Assembly (NCBI GenBank): GCA_031414955.1
Contig: JANOQV010000047.1
Span: 1-30,240, forward strand
Length of the DNA stretch: 30,240 nt
Reading direction: 5' to 3'
Source of the DNA: Pedosphaera sp.
GTDB lineage: Bacteria; Verrucomicrobiota; Verrucomicrobiia; Limisphaerales; SIBH01
A program made the position numbers and the translations under genes. Under the pieces are notes generated by a model. It was not told the origin of the DNA. It searched no databases and worked only from the letters and a program-made list of their open reading frames with translations. Below are positions 1 to 10,900 of the stretch, one piece after another; the first letter of the stretch is position 1, and every line of letters begins with the position of its first letter.

Positions 1-630
1 CGGCGACGCCATCACGGCGAGTTTCGAGAGCGCGGCGACGACGAACAGTGCGGTGGGGGCTTACGCCATCACGGCGACGCTGGCCGATCCGGGCACGAAG
101 CTGGGGAACTACACGGTCACGACCAATGGCGGAATCTTGACGGTGAGCGCAGCGGCGTTGGCGGTGAACATCGACAGCACGAACCGGGTGTATGGCGCGG
201 TGAACCCGATCTTCACCGGGGCGCTGGTCGGCGTGCAGAACGGCGACGCCATCACGGCGAGTTTCGACAGCACGGCGACGACGAACAGTGCGGTGGGAGC
301 TTACGCCATCACGGCGACGCTGGCGGATCCGGGTACGAAGCTGGGGAACTACACGGTCACGACCAACGACGGAACCTTGACCGTGAGCGCAGCCTCGTTG
401 GCGGTGAACATCGACAGCACCAACCGGGTGTTTGGAACCACCAACCCGGTTTTCACCGGCACGCTGGTCGGGGTGTTGAACGGGGACAACCTCACCGCGA
501 CCTATAGCAGTGCCGCCACCACCAACAGCCCGGCGGGAACTTATTCGATTGTGCCGGCGTTAAGTGATCCAGAGGCACGCCTCGGCAATTACATCGTCAC
601 GACCAATCAGGGCACGCTGACCATCACGTC
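1..630 (+). repeat. 240-nt tandem coding repeat (MBG units)
   Basis: cggcgacgccatcacggcgagtttcga occurs at 1 and 241, and the two copies are nearly identical. A diverged third copy starts at about 481. Confidence 0.9.
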
Positions 631-862
631 CGCGGCCGTGGTGCGCATCGCGCGCATCGAGCCGCTGGGCAACGGCCACATGCGCATTACCGGCACGGGC
701 GAGGCGAACACTGTTTACAAGATTCTGGCCACGACCACGCTCACGCTGCCGGACTGGCAGGAGATCGGGACGGCGACCGCCGGACCCGACGGGGTCTGGG
801 AATATACGGATACGGGGGCACCGGGCTTTACCGTCCGGTTCTATCTCGTCAAGTGGCCGTAA
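2..862 (+). CDS. C-terminal part of a large secreted MBG-domain repeat protein (5' end outside the window)
   Basis: The frame is open from base 2 (GDAITASFESAATTNS...). It has 80-aa repeats 'L.V..D...RVYG..NP.FTG...G..NGD...A...S.AT..S.VG.Y.I......GNY.V...G.LTV', typical of MBG domains. It ends in a '...DWQEIG...RFYLVKWP' tail, stop TAA. Confidence 0.85.
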   Translation, partial: GDAITASFESAATTNSAVGAYAITATLADPGTKLGNYTVTTNGGILTVSAAALAVNIDSTNRVYGAVNPIFTGALVGVQNGDAITASFDSTATTNSAVGAYAITATLADPGTKLGNYTVTTNDGTLTVSAASLAVNIDSTNRVFGTTNPVFTGTLVGVLNGDNLTATYSSAATTNSPAGTYSIVPALSDPEARLGNYIVTTNQGTLTITSAAVVRIARIEPLGNGHMRITGTGEANTVYKILATTTLTLPDWQEIGTATAGPDGVWEYTDTGAPGFTVRFYLVKWP

Positions 863-954
863 TAGGTCAGACTGTCAGCGGGTTGGATGGGCGAATGAAT
901 CCATTTGCCAGGGCCGGTGAGGGGCCGCCAACGCTCGACGGCCTTGGAAAAACC

Positions 955-3900
955 ATGAAGCAAACAAAATATCAGCATCCTGCGCGGAGCAGTTGCGCCG
1001 GGAAGCCGGCGAATCTGTGCCGTTGCCTCGCGGCCTGGCTGGTGATGCTCTGGATGTTTTGGTCCGGAACGATGTGGGCGGCCACGCTGCCGGTCGGCTT
1101 TTCCGAGACGACCATTCCCGGTCCCAACGCCGGACTGTGGGACGGCGCGGTGGGCGTTTCTTTCGAGGACAACGGCCGCATGTATGTGTGGGAAGGCGGC
1201 GGGCGTGTTTATTTCAAGGATCCGGCGGACTCCGGTTTCACCCTCCTGCTCGACATCAGCGAGGAGGTCGGTCTATGGGTCGACCACGGCATGTTGAGCT
1301 TCGTGCTCGATCCGGATTTCCGGGTCAACGGTTTCATCTACGTGCTCTACGTGGTGGACCGGCATCACTTGATGAATTTTGGCACCGGCGGCTACAACCC
1401 AAACACGGACGACTTTTTCTCGGCCACGATTGGCCGGTTGACCCGTTACACGGCGAACTCGGCGGACGGCTTTCGTTCGGTCAACCCGGCCAGCCGCTTC
1501 ATCCTGCTCGGCGAGACCCGGCAGACCGGCATCCCGGTCTGCTCCTCGACGCACGGAGTGGGTACGATGGTCTTCGCCGAGGATGGCACGTTGCTGGTGA
1601 CCACGGGCGACGGGGCCAGCCCGAACACGGCGGACGTGGGCGGGGCGGCTTTCGGCAGCTACGCGCCGCAGGCCCTGACCGACGGCATCCTCAAGCCCAA
1701 GGAAAACATCGGCGCGTTCCGCTCGCAGCTCGTGGATTGCCTCAGCGGCAAGATGCTCCGCCTCGATCCCGCCACGGGCAACGGCGTGCCGAGCAATCCG
1801 TTTTGGGACGGAGCCAATCCGCGCTCGGCCAAGTCGCGCGTGTGGGTGCTGGGCTTGCGCAATCCCTTCCGCATGGCCATGCGCCCCGAGTCCGGCAGCC
1901 ATAACCAGGAGGACGCGAATCCGGGCGTGCTCTACGTCGGCGACGTGGGCTGGGACATTTGGGAATGCTTGAAGGTGGTCACGGGGCCGGCCCAGAACTT
2001 CGGCTGGCCCATCTACGAGGGTTTGTCCGTGATGGCGCTCTACGATCAGGACATTCCTAACCAGGACGCGCCCAACCCGCTTTTTCCGGGGGGCGGCTGC
2101 AACCAGTACTTCTCCTTCAAACAACTGCTCAAGGAGGACACGCTGCTCCCGGCCAATTTTCCGCCCTTCAACAATCCGTGCAACGCGGGGGTGAAGATTC
2201 CGAACTCCATTCCGCAGTTTCTGCACACCCGGCCGGTGCTGGACTGGAACCACGCCAGCGCCATCACGCGCACGCCCACCTTCACCTCGGGCAACGCCAC
2301 CATTGCCAACGTCGGCGCGGGTGGCTCGCCGGTCTCGGGTTCCCAGTTCCAGGGCAACTGCTCCATCGGCGGTGTCTGGTACACGGCGGCGGCTTTTCCG
2401 ACCCAGTATTTTAACACCTACTTCCACGCCGACTGGGGCCAGGGCGTGATCAAGAACCTGACCTTCGACGCGAACGACCGGCCGGTGTCGCTCAACAATT
2501 TCGCCAGCGCCGCCGGCGCGGTGGTCTGCATGGCGGCCCATCCCACCGACGGCAGCCTCTACTACGTCAGCTACATCAGCGGGGACGCGGGCACCATCCG
2601 CCAACTGGCCTACACCGGCAATCGCACTCCCGTGGTCGCGGCTTCGGCGGATCAGATTTATGGACCCACGCCGCTGGGCGTGCAGTTCAGCAGCGCCGGA
2701 TCGAGTGATCCGGACGGCAGTCCGCTGACCTACTCATGGAATTTCGGCGACGGCTCACCGCTCAGCACCCAGGCCAATCCCGCGCACAGTTTCACCGCCC
2801 CGCCCGGCGTGCCCACCAAGTTCACGGTCACGCTCACGGTGAGCGACACGGGCGGGCTGAACGCCTCGACGAACTTCGCCGTCTCGGTCAACAACACTCC
2901 GCCGAGCGTGGCCCTCAGCAATCCGCTGGATGGCGCGCTCTACTCGCCGAGCATCGCCACGACGGTGAGCCTGAGCGCGGTGGTGAGCGACGTGCAATCG
3001 AGCAACAGCCAGCTCGCCTATTTCTGGCAGACCCTCCTGCGCCACAACAATCACGAGCACTTCGTCATCGCCTCGACCAATCAGACCTCCACCACGGTGC
3101 TTTCGCCCATTGGCTGCGATGGCATCAACATTTACCATTACCGTATTCTGCTCACGGTCACCGATCCGGCTGGGCTGGCCACGACCAGGGAAGTGGGTAT
3201 GTATGCCGATTGCGGCGCGACCGACACGCCGCCGACCATTTCCAACATCGGGAACCAGACCATTCCCCAGGATCAACCGACCTCGCCCATCGCCTTCACC
3301 ATCGGCGACGGCCAGGTGGCGGCGATTAATCTTCAGCTCAACGCGACGTCGTCGAACCCAACCCTGGTGCCGCCGGGAAGTTTTGAATTCGGCGGCTCCA
3401 GTTCCAACCGCACCCTCGTCGTGACGCCGGCCCTCGGCCAGGTGGGCACGGCCACCATCACGGTCTTCGTCGATGATGGCCCGAATCTGGTGAGCGACAC
3501 TTTTGTCCTGACTGTGACTCCGCCGGCTCCGGGCACGCGCTCGTACACCAACTCGACTTCCATTATCGTTTCCGTGCCGGATCAGGGTCCGGCCACGCCG
3601 TATCCGTCGTATCTCCCGGTCAACGGACTGGGCGGCACGATCACGAACGTCACCGTCACGCTGAACAACTTGACTTACTCGTGGGCGGCGGATCTCGATG
3701 TGCTGCTCGTGAGTCCGTCCGGGCAGGGGATTGTGCTCATGTCGGACGCGGGTGGCGCGGCGGTGAACGACGTCACGCTGACCTTTTCCGACGCGGCGGT
3801 GCCTTCGTTGCCTGCCTCGGGCGCGATTGCGTCGGGCACCTACAAGCCGACCAACTTCGGGGCCGGCGACACCTTTGCCGCGCCAGCCCCGGCCGGGCCG

Positions 3901-6900
3901 TACTCGACCACGCTCGCGGCTTTCAACGGTCAGAATCCCAACGGCTCCTGGGCCTTGTATGTGTTCGATGACGGCGCGGGGGACACGGGGCTTTTCGCCA
4001 ACGGCTGGAAGCTGACCATCAGCACCGCCGGCACCGGCAACCAGCCGCCGACCATCAGCGACATTGCGAACCAGACCACGACCGTCGATGTGCCCACGGC
4101 GGCGATTCCGTTCACCGTCGGGGATGCCGAGACGCCCGCCGCCAGTCTGGCTTTGATCCGCGCTTCCTCGAACCCGACTCTGGTGCCGACCAACAACATG
4201 GTCTTCGGTGGCAGCGGTTCCAATCGCACTGTCACCGTGACGCCTGCAGCCGGCCAGACCGGCACGGCCACTCTCACCGTGAGCGTGAGCGACGGCACGA
4301 ACACGACCAGCGATAATTTCCTTCTCACCGTCAACGTGGTGAACACGCCGCCCACTCTCACTGGAATCGCCGATCAGATTATCAACGAGGACACGGTGGC
4401 CGGGCCGTTGAGCTTCACCATCGGCGACGGCCAGACGGCGGCGGCGAGCCTCACCCTGGGCAAGGCTTCCTCGAACGCGTCGCTGGTTCCGACCAACAAC
4501 ATTGTCTTCGGCGGCAGCGCCAGCAATCGCACCGTGACCATCACCCCCGCGACCAACGCCACCGGCAGCGCCATCATCACCCTCAGCGTGAGCGACGGCC
4601 AGGCCACCACCAGCACGAACTTTCTCGTCACGGTCAACGCGGTGGATGACGCGCCGACCATCAGCAACATCTCGAACCTCGCGACGCCCTACGAAACACC
4701 CACGGCGGCGATCCTGTTCACCGTCGGCGACGTGGATACGGCGGTGGCGAGCCTGACGGTGAGTGGCGGTTCCTCGAATCCGGCGTTGGTGCCGACGAAC
4801 AACATCGTGTTCGGCGGGAGCGGTTCCAATCGCACCGTGACCCTCACCCCGTCCACCGGCCAGACCGGCACCGTGACCCTCACCGTGATCGTGAGCGACG
4901 GGAACGGCAGCGCGCAGGACACCTTCGTGCTGACCGTGAATCCGCCCAACGCGCCCCCGGTGATTTCCGCCGTGGCCGACCAGATCGTGAATGAGGACAC
5001 GGCGACCGCACTGCTTAACTTCACCATCGGCGACGCCGAAACCGCCGCGACGAATCTGGTCGTGGGCCGCGCTTCCTCGAATCCGGCCCTGGTCCCGACG
5101 AACAACATTGTTCTCGGTGGCAGCGGCAGCAATCGCACCGTTTGGGTTACACCGGCCACCAACCAGAACGGCACGGCCCTCATCACGCTCACGGTGAGCG
5201 ACGGTCAGGCGACGACGAGCACCAACTTCCTGCTCACGGTCAATCCCGTGAACGACGCGCCGGCACTGACCGGTTTCGCCAATCAGTCCACCACGGTGGG
5301 CGGCACGGTCGGCCCATTGAGTTTCACCATCGGCGACGTGGAGACGGCTGCCGCCAGCCTGATCGTGAGCGGTGGTTCCTCCAATCCCGCGCTGGTGCCG
5401 ACGAACAACATTGTCTTCGGCGGCAGCGGCAGCAACCGCACCGTGTCGGTCACGGCCGCGCCTGGATTGAGCGGCACAGCCACGATCACCTTGAGCGTGA
5501 GCGACGGCACGAACACCGCGAGCACCAACTTCCTGCTCACCGTCTCGACGCTGATTAGCGGCACGTTCGCCTTCACCAATGCCGCGACGATTTACCTCAC
5601 CAATCCCGTGCCGTCGGCGGCCAATCCTTATCCCTCGACCATCAACGTCAGCGGCCTGGCCGGTGTGGTCAGCAATGTGACCGTGACGTTGCGTGGCCTG
5701 ACCCATAGCTGGACGCGCGACATCGACGTGCTGCTGGTCGGGCCGGCCGGGCAGAAGGTGATGATCTGCTCGGACGCGGGCAACGGCGGCGCAAACAACG
5801 CGACCTTCACGCTCTCGGACGCGGCGGTGGCGGCGCTGCCGTTGTCGCAACTGGTTTCCGGCACCTATCAACCGGATGATTACGAGGCGGGCGAAATCCA
5901 GCCTGCTCCCGCTCCAGCCGGGCCGTATGAGACTCTGCTCTCCAGCTTCAACGGTCAGACGCCGAACGGAACCTGGTCGCTGTTTGTGGCCGATGATGGC
6001 AACGACGATGTGGGCAGCTTCGCCGGTGGGTGGAGCATCACCCTCACGGCGGTCTCGGATGGTTTGCAGCCGCCGACGATTTCCAGCGTCAGCGGGCAGA
6101 CTATGGTTGAAGACTCTTCCACCGAGCCGTTGAGTTTTACGGTCGGCGACCCCGACACGGCCGCCACCAGTTTGGTGATGAGCGGCGGCTCCTCCAATCC
6201 GGCGCTCGTGCCGTCCGGCAACATTGTCTTCGGCGGCTCCGGCAGCAACCGCACCGTGACCGTGACTTCGCTCGCCAACGCCAGTGGCACGGCCACCATC
6301 ACGCTGACCGTGAGCGACGGCGCGACTAACACGAGCGCGAATTTTCTTCTAACGGTCACGCCGGTGAACGACGCGCCGGCCCTCACCGGTGTCGCGGATC
6401 AAATCATCAACGAGGATGGCGCGACGGCGGCGCTGGGATTTGTGGTCGGTGATGTCGAGACGGCGGCGGGCAGCCTGGTGGTGACCAGAGGTTCATCCAA
6501 TTCCGCGCTGGTCCCGACGAACAACATCGTCTTCGGCGGCTCGGCTTCGAACCTCACCGTGACCATCACGCCCGCGCCGGATGCCAGCGGCACGGCGCTC
6601 ATCACGCTGACGGTCAGCGACGGCACGAACAGTGTGAGCACGAACTTCCTGCTGACCGTGAACGCGGTGAACGACCTGCCGACGATCACGGGGATTGCGG
6701 ACCAGACCATCGACGAGGACGGCGCCACGGCGGCGCTGGGATTCGTCATCGGCGATGTGGACATGGCGGCGGGCGGGTTAACCCTGACGCGAGGCTCGTC
6801 CAATCTCGCGCTGGTCCCGACGAACAACATTGTGTTCGGTGGCGCGGATGAGAACCGCACCGTGACCGTCACGCCCGCGCCGGACGCGAATGGCACGGCG

Positions 6901-7782
6901 CTCATCACCCTGACGGTCAGCGACGGCACTAACAGCGTGAGCACGAACTTCCTGCTGACGGTGAACGCCGTGAATGACACTCCGACGATCTCGGGGGTTG
7001 CCGATCAGACCATTGACGAGGATGGCACGACGGCGGCGCTGGGATTTGTGGTCGGTGATGTCGAGACGGCGGCGGGCAGCCTGGTGCTGACCAAGGGTTC
7101 ATCCAATCCCGCGCTGGTCCCGACGAACAACATTGTGTTTGACGGCGCGGATGCGAACCGCACCGTGACCGTCACGCCCACGCCGGATGCCAGTGGCACG
7201 GCGCTCATCACACTCACGGTCAGTGACGGCACGAACAGTGTGAGCACGAACTTCCTGCTGACCGTGAACGCGGTGAACGACGCGCCCGTGTTCGCGGCAA
7301 TTTCCAACCATGTCCTCAATGCCGGCCAGACCCTCTCGTTCACGAATTCAGCCACCGACATCGATCAGCCTCAGCAGGCGCTGGTCTTCAGCCTCCTGGA
7401 TTTCCCGGCGGGTGCCACCGTGGACCCGAGCAGCGGGCTTTTCTCCTGGCGTCCCACCGTGGCGCAGGCCGGCCTCACGAATATCATCCAGGTGCGGGTG
7501 GTGGATGATGGAGTGCCAAGCCTCGGCGCCACGCAGAGTTTCTCAGTGATCGTGAACCCGCTGGTGCTGCCCTCGGTGGCCCATTCCTCCATCGCCGGCG
7601 AAGTCTTCTCGCTGGTGGTGATGGGACCGGTTGGGCCGGATTACACGGTGCTGGCCTCACCGGACCTTCTGTCCTGGGAGGCGGTGTTCACCACCAATGC
7701 GCCGCCCGTGCCCTTTTCCTGCACCTTCACCAACGTGGTTGGGTTGCCCACCCGCTTCTTCCGCATCCAAGTCGGGCCTTGA
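955..7782 (+). CDS. Giant secreted protein: PQQ-dependent sugar dehydrogenase (GSDH/sGDH-like beta-propeller), PKD, 10 cadherin-like Ig repeats, 2 proprotein-convertase P-domains, a putative Ig domain and a C-terminal sorting-like domain
   Basis: ATG 955 (MKQTK...) precedes a hydrophobic signal peptide ending MWA|AT. GSDH-type motifs: HGVGTMVFAEDGTLLVTTGDG, LGLRNPFR, GDVG and NFGWP. PKD motif: SSDPDGSPLTYSWNFGDG. Repeats: SSNPALVPTNNIVFGGSGSNRT. P-domain motifs DLDVLLVSP...NG.W.L.V.D at about 3545-4025 and 5570-6055. The protein ends RFFRIQVGP. Confidence 0.85.
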   Translation: MKQTKYQHPARSSCAGKPANLCRCLAAWLVMLWMFWSGTMWAATLPVGFSETTIPGPNAGLWDGAVGVSFEDNGRMYVWEGGGRVYFKDPADSGFTLLLDISEEVGLWVDHGMLSFVLDPDFRVNGFIYVLYVVDRHHLMNFGTGGYNPNTDDFFSATIGRLTRYTANSADGFRSVNPASRFILLGETRQTGIPVCSSTHGVGTMVFAEDGTLLVTTGDGASPNTADVGGAAFGSYAPQALTDGILKPKENIGAFRSQLVDCLSGKMLRLDPATGNGVPSNPFWDGANPRSAKSRVWVLGLRNPFRMAMRPESGSHNQEDANPGVLYVGDVGWDIWECLKVVTGPAQNFGWPIYEGLSVMALYDQDIPNQDAPNPLFPGGGCNQYFSFKQLLKEDTLLPANFPPFNNPCNAGVKIPNSIPQFLHTRPVLDWNHASAITRTPTFTSGNATIANVGAGGSPVSGSQFQGNCSIGGVWYTAAAFPTQYFNTYFHADWGQGVIKNLTFDANDRPVSLNNFASAAGAVVCMAAHPTDGSLYYVSYISGDAGTIRQLAYTGNRTPVVAASADQIYGPTPLGVQFSSAGSSDPDGSPLTYSWNFGDGSPLSTQANPAHSFTAPPGVPTKFTVTLTVSDTGGLNASTNFAVSVNNTPPSVALSNPLDGALYSPSIATTVSLSAVVSDVQSSNSQLAYFWQTLLRHNNHEHFVIASTNQTSTTVLSPIGCDGINIYHYRILLTVTDPAGLATTREVGMYADCGATDTPPTISNIGNQTIPQDQPTSPIAFTIGDGQVAAINLQLNATSSNPTLVPPGSFEFGGSSSNRTLVVTPALGQVGTATITVFVDDGPNLVSDTFVLTVTPPAPGTRSYTNSTSIIVSVPDQGPATPYPSYLPVNGLGGTITNVTVTLNNLTYSWAADLDVLLVSPSGQGIVLMSDAGGAAVNDVTLTFSDAAVPSLPASGAIASGTYKPTNFGAGDTFAAPAPAGPYSTTLAAFNGQNPNGSWALYVFDDGAGDTGLFANGWKLTISTAGTGNQPPTISDIANQTTTVDVPTAAIPFTVGDAETPAASLALIRASSNPTLVPTNNMVFGGSGSNRTVTVTPAAGQTGTATLTVSVSDGTNTTSDNFLLTVNVVNTPPTLTGIADQIINEDTVAGPLSFTIGDGQTAAASLTLGKASSNASLVPTNNIVFGGSASNRTVTITPATNATGSAIITLSVSDGQATTSTNFLVTVNAVDDAPTISNISNLATPYETPTAAILFTVGDVDTAVASLTVSGGSSNPALVPTNNIVFGGSGSNRTVTLTPSTGQTGTVTLTVIVSDGNGSAQDTFVLTVNPPNAPPVISAVADQIVNEDTATALLNFTIGDAETAATNLVVGRASSNPALVPTNNIVLGGSGSNRTVWVTPATNQNGTALITLTVSDGQATTSTNFLLTVNPVNDAPALTGFANQSTTVGGTVGPLSFTIGDVETAAASLIVSGGSSNPALVPTNNIVFGGSGSNRTVSVTAAPGLSGTATITLSVSDGTNTASTNFLLTVSTLISGTFAFTNAATIYLTNPVPSAANPYPSTINVSGLAGVVSNVTVTLRGLTHSWTRDIDVLLVGPAGQKVMICSDAGNGGANNATFTLSDAAVAALPLSQLVSGTYQPDDYEAGEIQPAPAPAGPYETLLSSFNGQTPNGTWSLFVADDGNDDVGSFAGGWSITLTAVSDGLQPPTISSVSGQTMVEDSSTEPLSFTVGDPDTAATSLVMSGGSSNPALVPSGNIVFGGSGSNRTVTVTSLANASGTATITLTVSDGATNTSANFLLTVTPVNDAPALTGVADQIINEDGATAALGFVVGDVETAAGSLVVTRGSSNSALVPTNNIVFGGSASNLTVTITPAPDASGTALITLTVSDGTNSVSTNFLLTVNAVNDLPTITGIADQTIDEDGATAALGFVIGDVDMAAGGLTLTRGSSNLALVPTNNIVFGGADENRTVTVTPAPDANGTALITLTVSDGTNSVSTNFLLTVNAVNDTPTISGVADQTIDEDGTTAALGFVVGDVETAAGSLVLTKGSSNPALVPTNNIVFDGADANRTVTVTPTPDASGTALITLTVSDGTNSVSTNFLLTVNAVNDAPVFAAISNHVLNAGQTLSFTNSATDIDQPQQALVFSLLDFPAGATVDPSSGLFSWRPTVAQAGLTNIIQVRVVDDGVPSLGATQSFSVIVNPLVLPSVAHSSIAGEVFSLVVMGPVGPDYTVLASPDLLSWEAVFTTNAPPVPFSCTFTNVVGLPTRFFRIQVGP
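3220..7272 (+). repeat. About 303-nt cadherin-like coding repeats (10 units in blocks of 1, 5 and 4, separated by P-domains)
   Basis: Counted from the translation. The units begin DTPPT, NQPPT, NTPPT, DDAPT, NAPPV, NDAPA, LQPPT, NDAPA, NDLPT, NDTPT. Confidence 0.85.
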
Positions 7783-7943
7783 CCAATGAAAGCGACGCGC
7801 CACAGCCCTGTTCCTGGAAACCATCGAAAATCGTGATTGTCATAAGCGAAACAAAAGATGGCTTACGCCCAGGCGACCCAAGAGGGTCGCGGCCGCTCCG
7901 CCTCTTCAACGACCAAACACCTCCAGCAGCAGGTGTTCATGCG

Positions 7944-10900
7944 ATGAACCTCGATGGCTCCACGGGGAGCGCCCGGGCGGTTTGGGGTGACGTGGCGGTC
8001 AAGTCCAGCGTTCGCTGGGGCTTTCTGCTGATCGTTGGTTTCGCGCTTTGGGCCGCACGGCCGGCGGTGGGCGCGACTTTGGCCACCAATACCGTGTCCA
8101 TCACCAACTCCACTCTGATTGCCCTGACTAACACGGCGGGGAATGTGCCGGCCAATCCCTATCCTTCCGTCATCAGCTTCTCCAACGTCATCGGCCAGGT
8201 GAGCAACGTGACGGTGAGCCTGCGCAACCTGACCCATGCCTGGACGCGCGACATCGACATCCTGCTCGTCGCGCCGGACGGTCGGAAGGTGCTCCTGATG
8301 TCCGATGCCGGCAACGGCGGAGCCACAGCCGTGACTCTGACGCTGGATGACTCGGCTCCGACCGCGTTGCCGCTCTTGCAAATGACCACCGGGACTTTCC
8401 GGCCGGCTGATTATGCGCCCACGGAAATCTTTCCCGCGCCCGCGCCCGCCAGCCCCTATTCCAACACGCTTGCCGCCCTCAAGGGGCAGAGCGCGAATGG
8501 CGTGTGGACTCTTTACGTGATGGACGACGGAGCCAACGACATTGGCAATATCGTCGGCGGTTGGAGCCTCACCCTCACCGTGGTCACGGATGGCACGGAG
8601 CGCCCGGCCATTTCCACCGTGGCCGACCAGACGATTCCGGAGGACGGCACCACCGGGCCGTTGAGCTTCACGGTCGCGGATTCAGACACGCCACTGGCCA
8701 GCCTGGTCCTGGCCGGCGGCTCGTCCAATCCCGTGCTGGTGCCGACGAACAACATTGTCTTCAGTGGCAGCGGCAGCAATCGCACCGTCACGGTGACGCC
8801 CGCGCCCAACGTCCACGGCACGGCGACGATCACGCTCTTCGTGACCGACGGGAACACGGCCACGAACAGCATCTTCCTGCTCACGGTCAACCCGGTGAAC
8901 GATACGCCGACGCTCACGGGCGTGGCCGATCAAGTCATCAACGAAGACGGGACCACCGGACCGTTGAACTTCACCATCGGCGATGTGGAGACGGCGGCGG
9001 CGAGCCTGGCGTTGTCGCCCGGTTCTTCCAACCCGGCCTTGGTGCCGACGGGCAACATTGTGTTTGGCGGCAGCGGCAGCAACCGCACCGTCACGGTGAC
9101 GCCAGTTCCCAATGCTTTTGGCAGCGCCCTCATCACGCTGACGGTGAGCGATGGCACCAACAGCGCAGGCACGAACTTCCTGGTCACGGTCAATCCGGTG
9201 AACGACGCACCGACCATCACGGGCGTGGCGGATCAGAACATCAACGAAGATGGCGCGACGGGGTTGCTGAACTTCACGATTGGGGATTTGGAAACACCGG
9301 CGGCGAGCCTCGCGGTGAGCGCCGGTTCCTCCAATCCAACACTCGTGCCGACCAACAACATCGTTTTCGGCGGCGCGGGATCGAGCCGCACCGTGACGGT
9401 CACACCGGCGGCGAACACCCACGGCACCGCGATCATTTTCCTCTCGGTGAGCGACGGTGCCATCGTGACCACCACGAACTTCTTGCTGATCGTGAATCCG
9501 GTGAATGACGCGCCCACCATCACGGGCGTGCCGGATCAGAGCATCAACGAGGACGCCTCGACGGCGGTCCTGCCGTTCGTGGTCGGCGATTTGGAAACGC
9601 CCGCCGCCGGCCTGATCGTGAGTGGCGGTTCCTCGAATCCGACGCTGGTGCCGACGAACAACGTGGTGTTCGGCGGCTCGGGTGCGAACCGCACCGTGAC
9701 CGTGACCCCGGCCACCAACGCGTTCGGCACGGCCATCATCACTCTGTTCGTGAGCGACGGCACGAACCTCGTGAGCACCAACTTTCTCCTGACCGTCAAT
9801 CCGGTGAACGATGCGCCGACCCTCACGGGCGTGGGCGACCAAAGCATCAACGAAGACACGGCCACGGCGGCGCTGGGTTTTCAGGTCGAGGATCTCGAGA
9901 CGCCGGCGGGAAGCCTGACTTTGAGCAGCGCCTCCTCCAACCCGGCGCTGGTCCCGACGAACAGCATTGGCTTCGGCGGCAGCGGCGGCAATCGCACCGT
10001 CACGCTCACGCCGCTGACCAACGCGCACGGCACGGCCACGATCACCCTGACCGTGAGCGACGGCGCCAACAGCACGAGCACGGATTTTGTCCTCACGGTC
10101 AACCCGGTGAATGACGCGCCGACCATCGCGACCGTGGTCGATCAGGTCGTGAACGAGGACGCCGCCACCGCCCTGCTGGGATTCACCGTGGGCGACATTG
10201 AAACTGCGGCGGGCAGTCTCGTGATGAGCGGCGGTTCCTCGAATCCCGCCCTCGTGCCGACGAACAACATTGTCCTCGGCGGCAGCGGAGCCAGTCGGAC
10301 GGTGGTGGTGACACCGGCCGCCAACGCCCACGGCAGCGCGGCGATTTTCCTGACCGTGAGCGACGGGACGAACAGCACGACGACGAACTTCGTGCTCACG
10401 GTCACGCCGGTGAACGACGCGCCGACCATGACGGGGATCGCGAACCAGTCCATCAATGAAGACACGCCGACGGCGCCGTTGGGTTTTCAGATCGGCGACG
10501 TGGAGACACCGGCGGATCAACTGATCCTGAGCCGTGGCTCGTCCAACCCGGCCCTGGTGCCGACGAACAACATTTTCTTCGGCGGCAGCGCCAGCAATCG
10601 CACCGTGACCGTGACTCCGGCGCTGAACCAGCACGGCACGGCGGTGATTACGCTCACGGTGAGCGACGGCACTAACAGCGCGATCACGAACTTCGTCCTG
10701 ACCGTCAACCCGGTGAACGACGCGCCGAGCATCACGGGTGTTCCCGATCAGTCCATCATCGAAAGCCAGACGGCCGGGCCGCTGAGTTTCACCGTGGGGG
10801 ATGTCGAGACGGCGGCGGGCGGTCTGACCCTGAGCAGCGTCTCCTCCGATCCGCTGCTTATCCCGACGAACAGCATTGTCTTCGGCGGCAGCGGCAGCAA

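Noticed and set aside
890..947. Two imperfect hairpins upstream of ATG 955 as a possible c-di-GMP riboswitch
   Set aside because: The conserved GEMM features are missing, and short imperfect stems are expected at this GC content.
853..954. ORF-track starts at 853, 7779, 15275 and 18210 overlapping upstream genes, suggesting fusion or readthrough between the giant genes
   Set aside because: Each upstream gene ends in a complete terminal motif, and each downstream gene has its own signal peptide or canonical N-terminus. The extensions are non-coding-like and probably open by chance.
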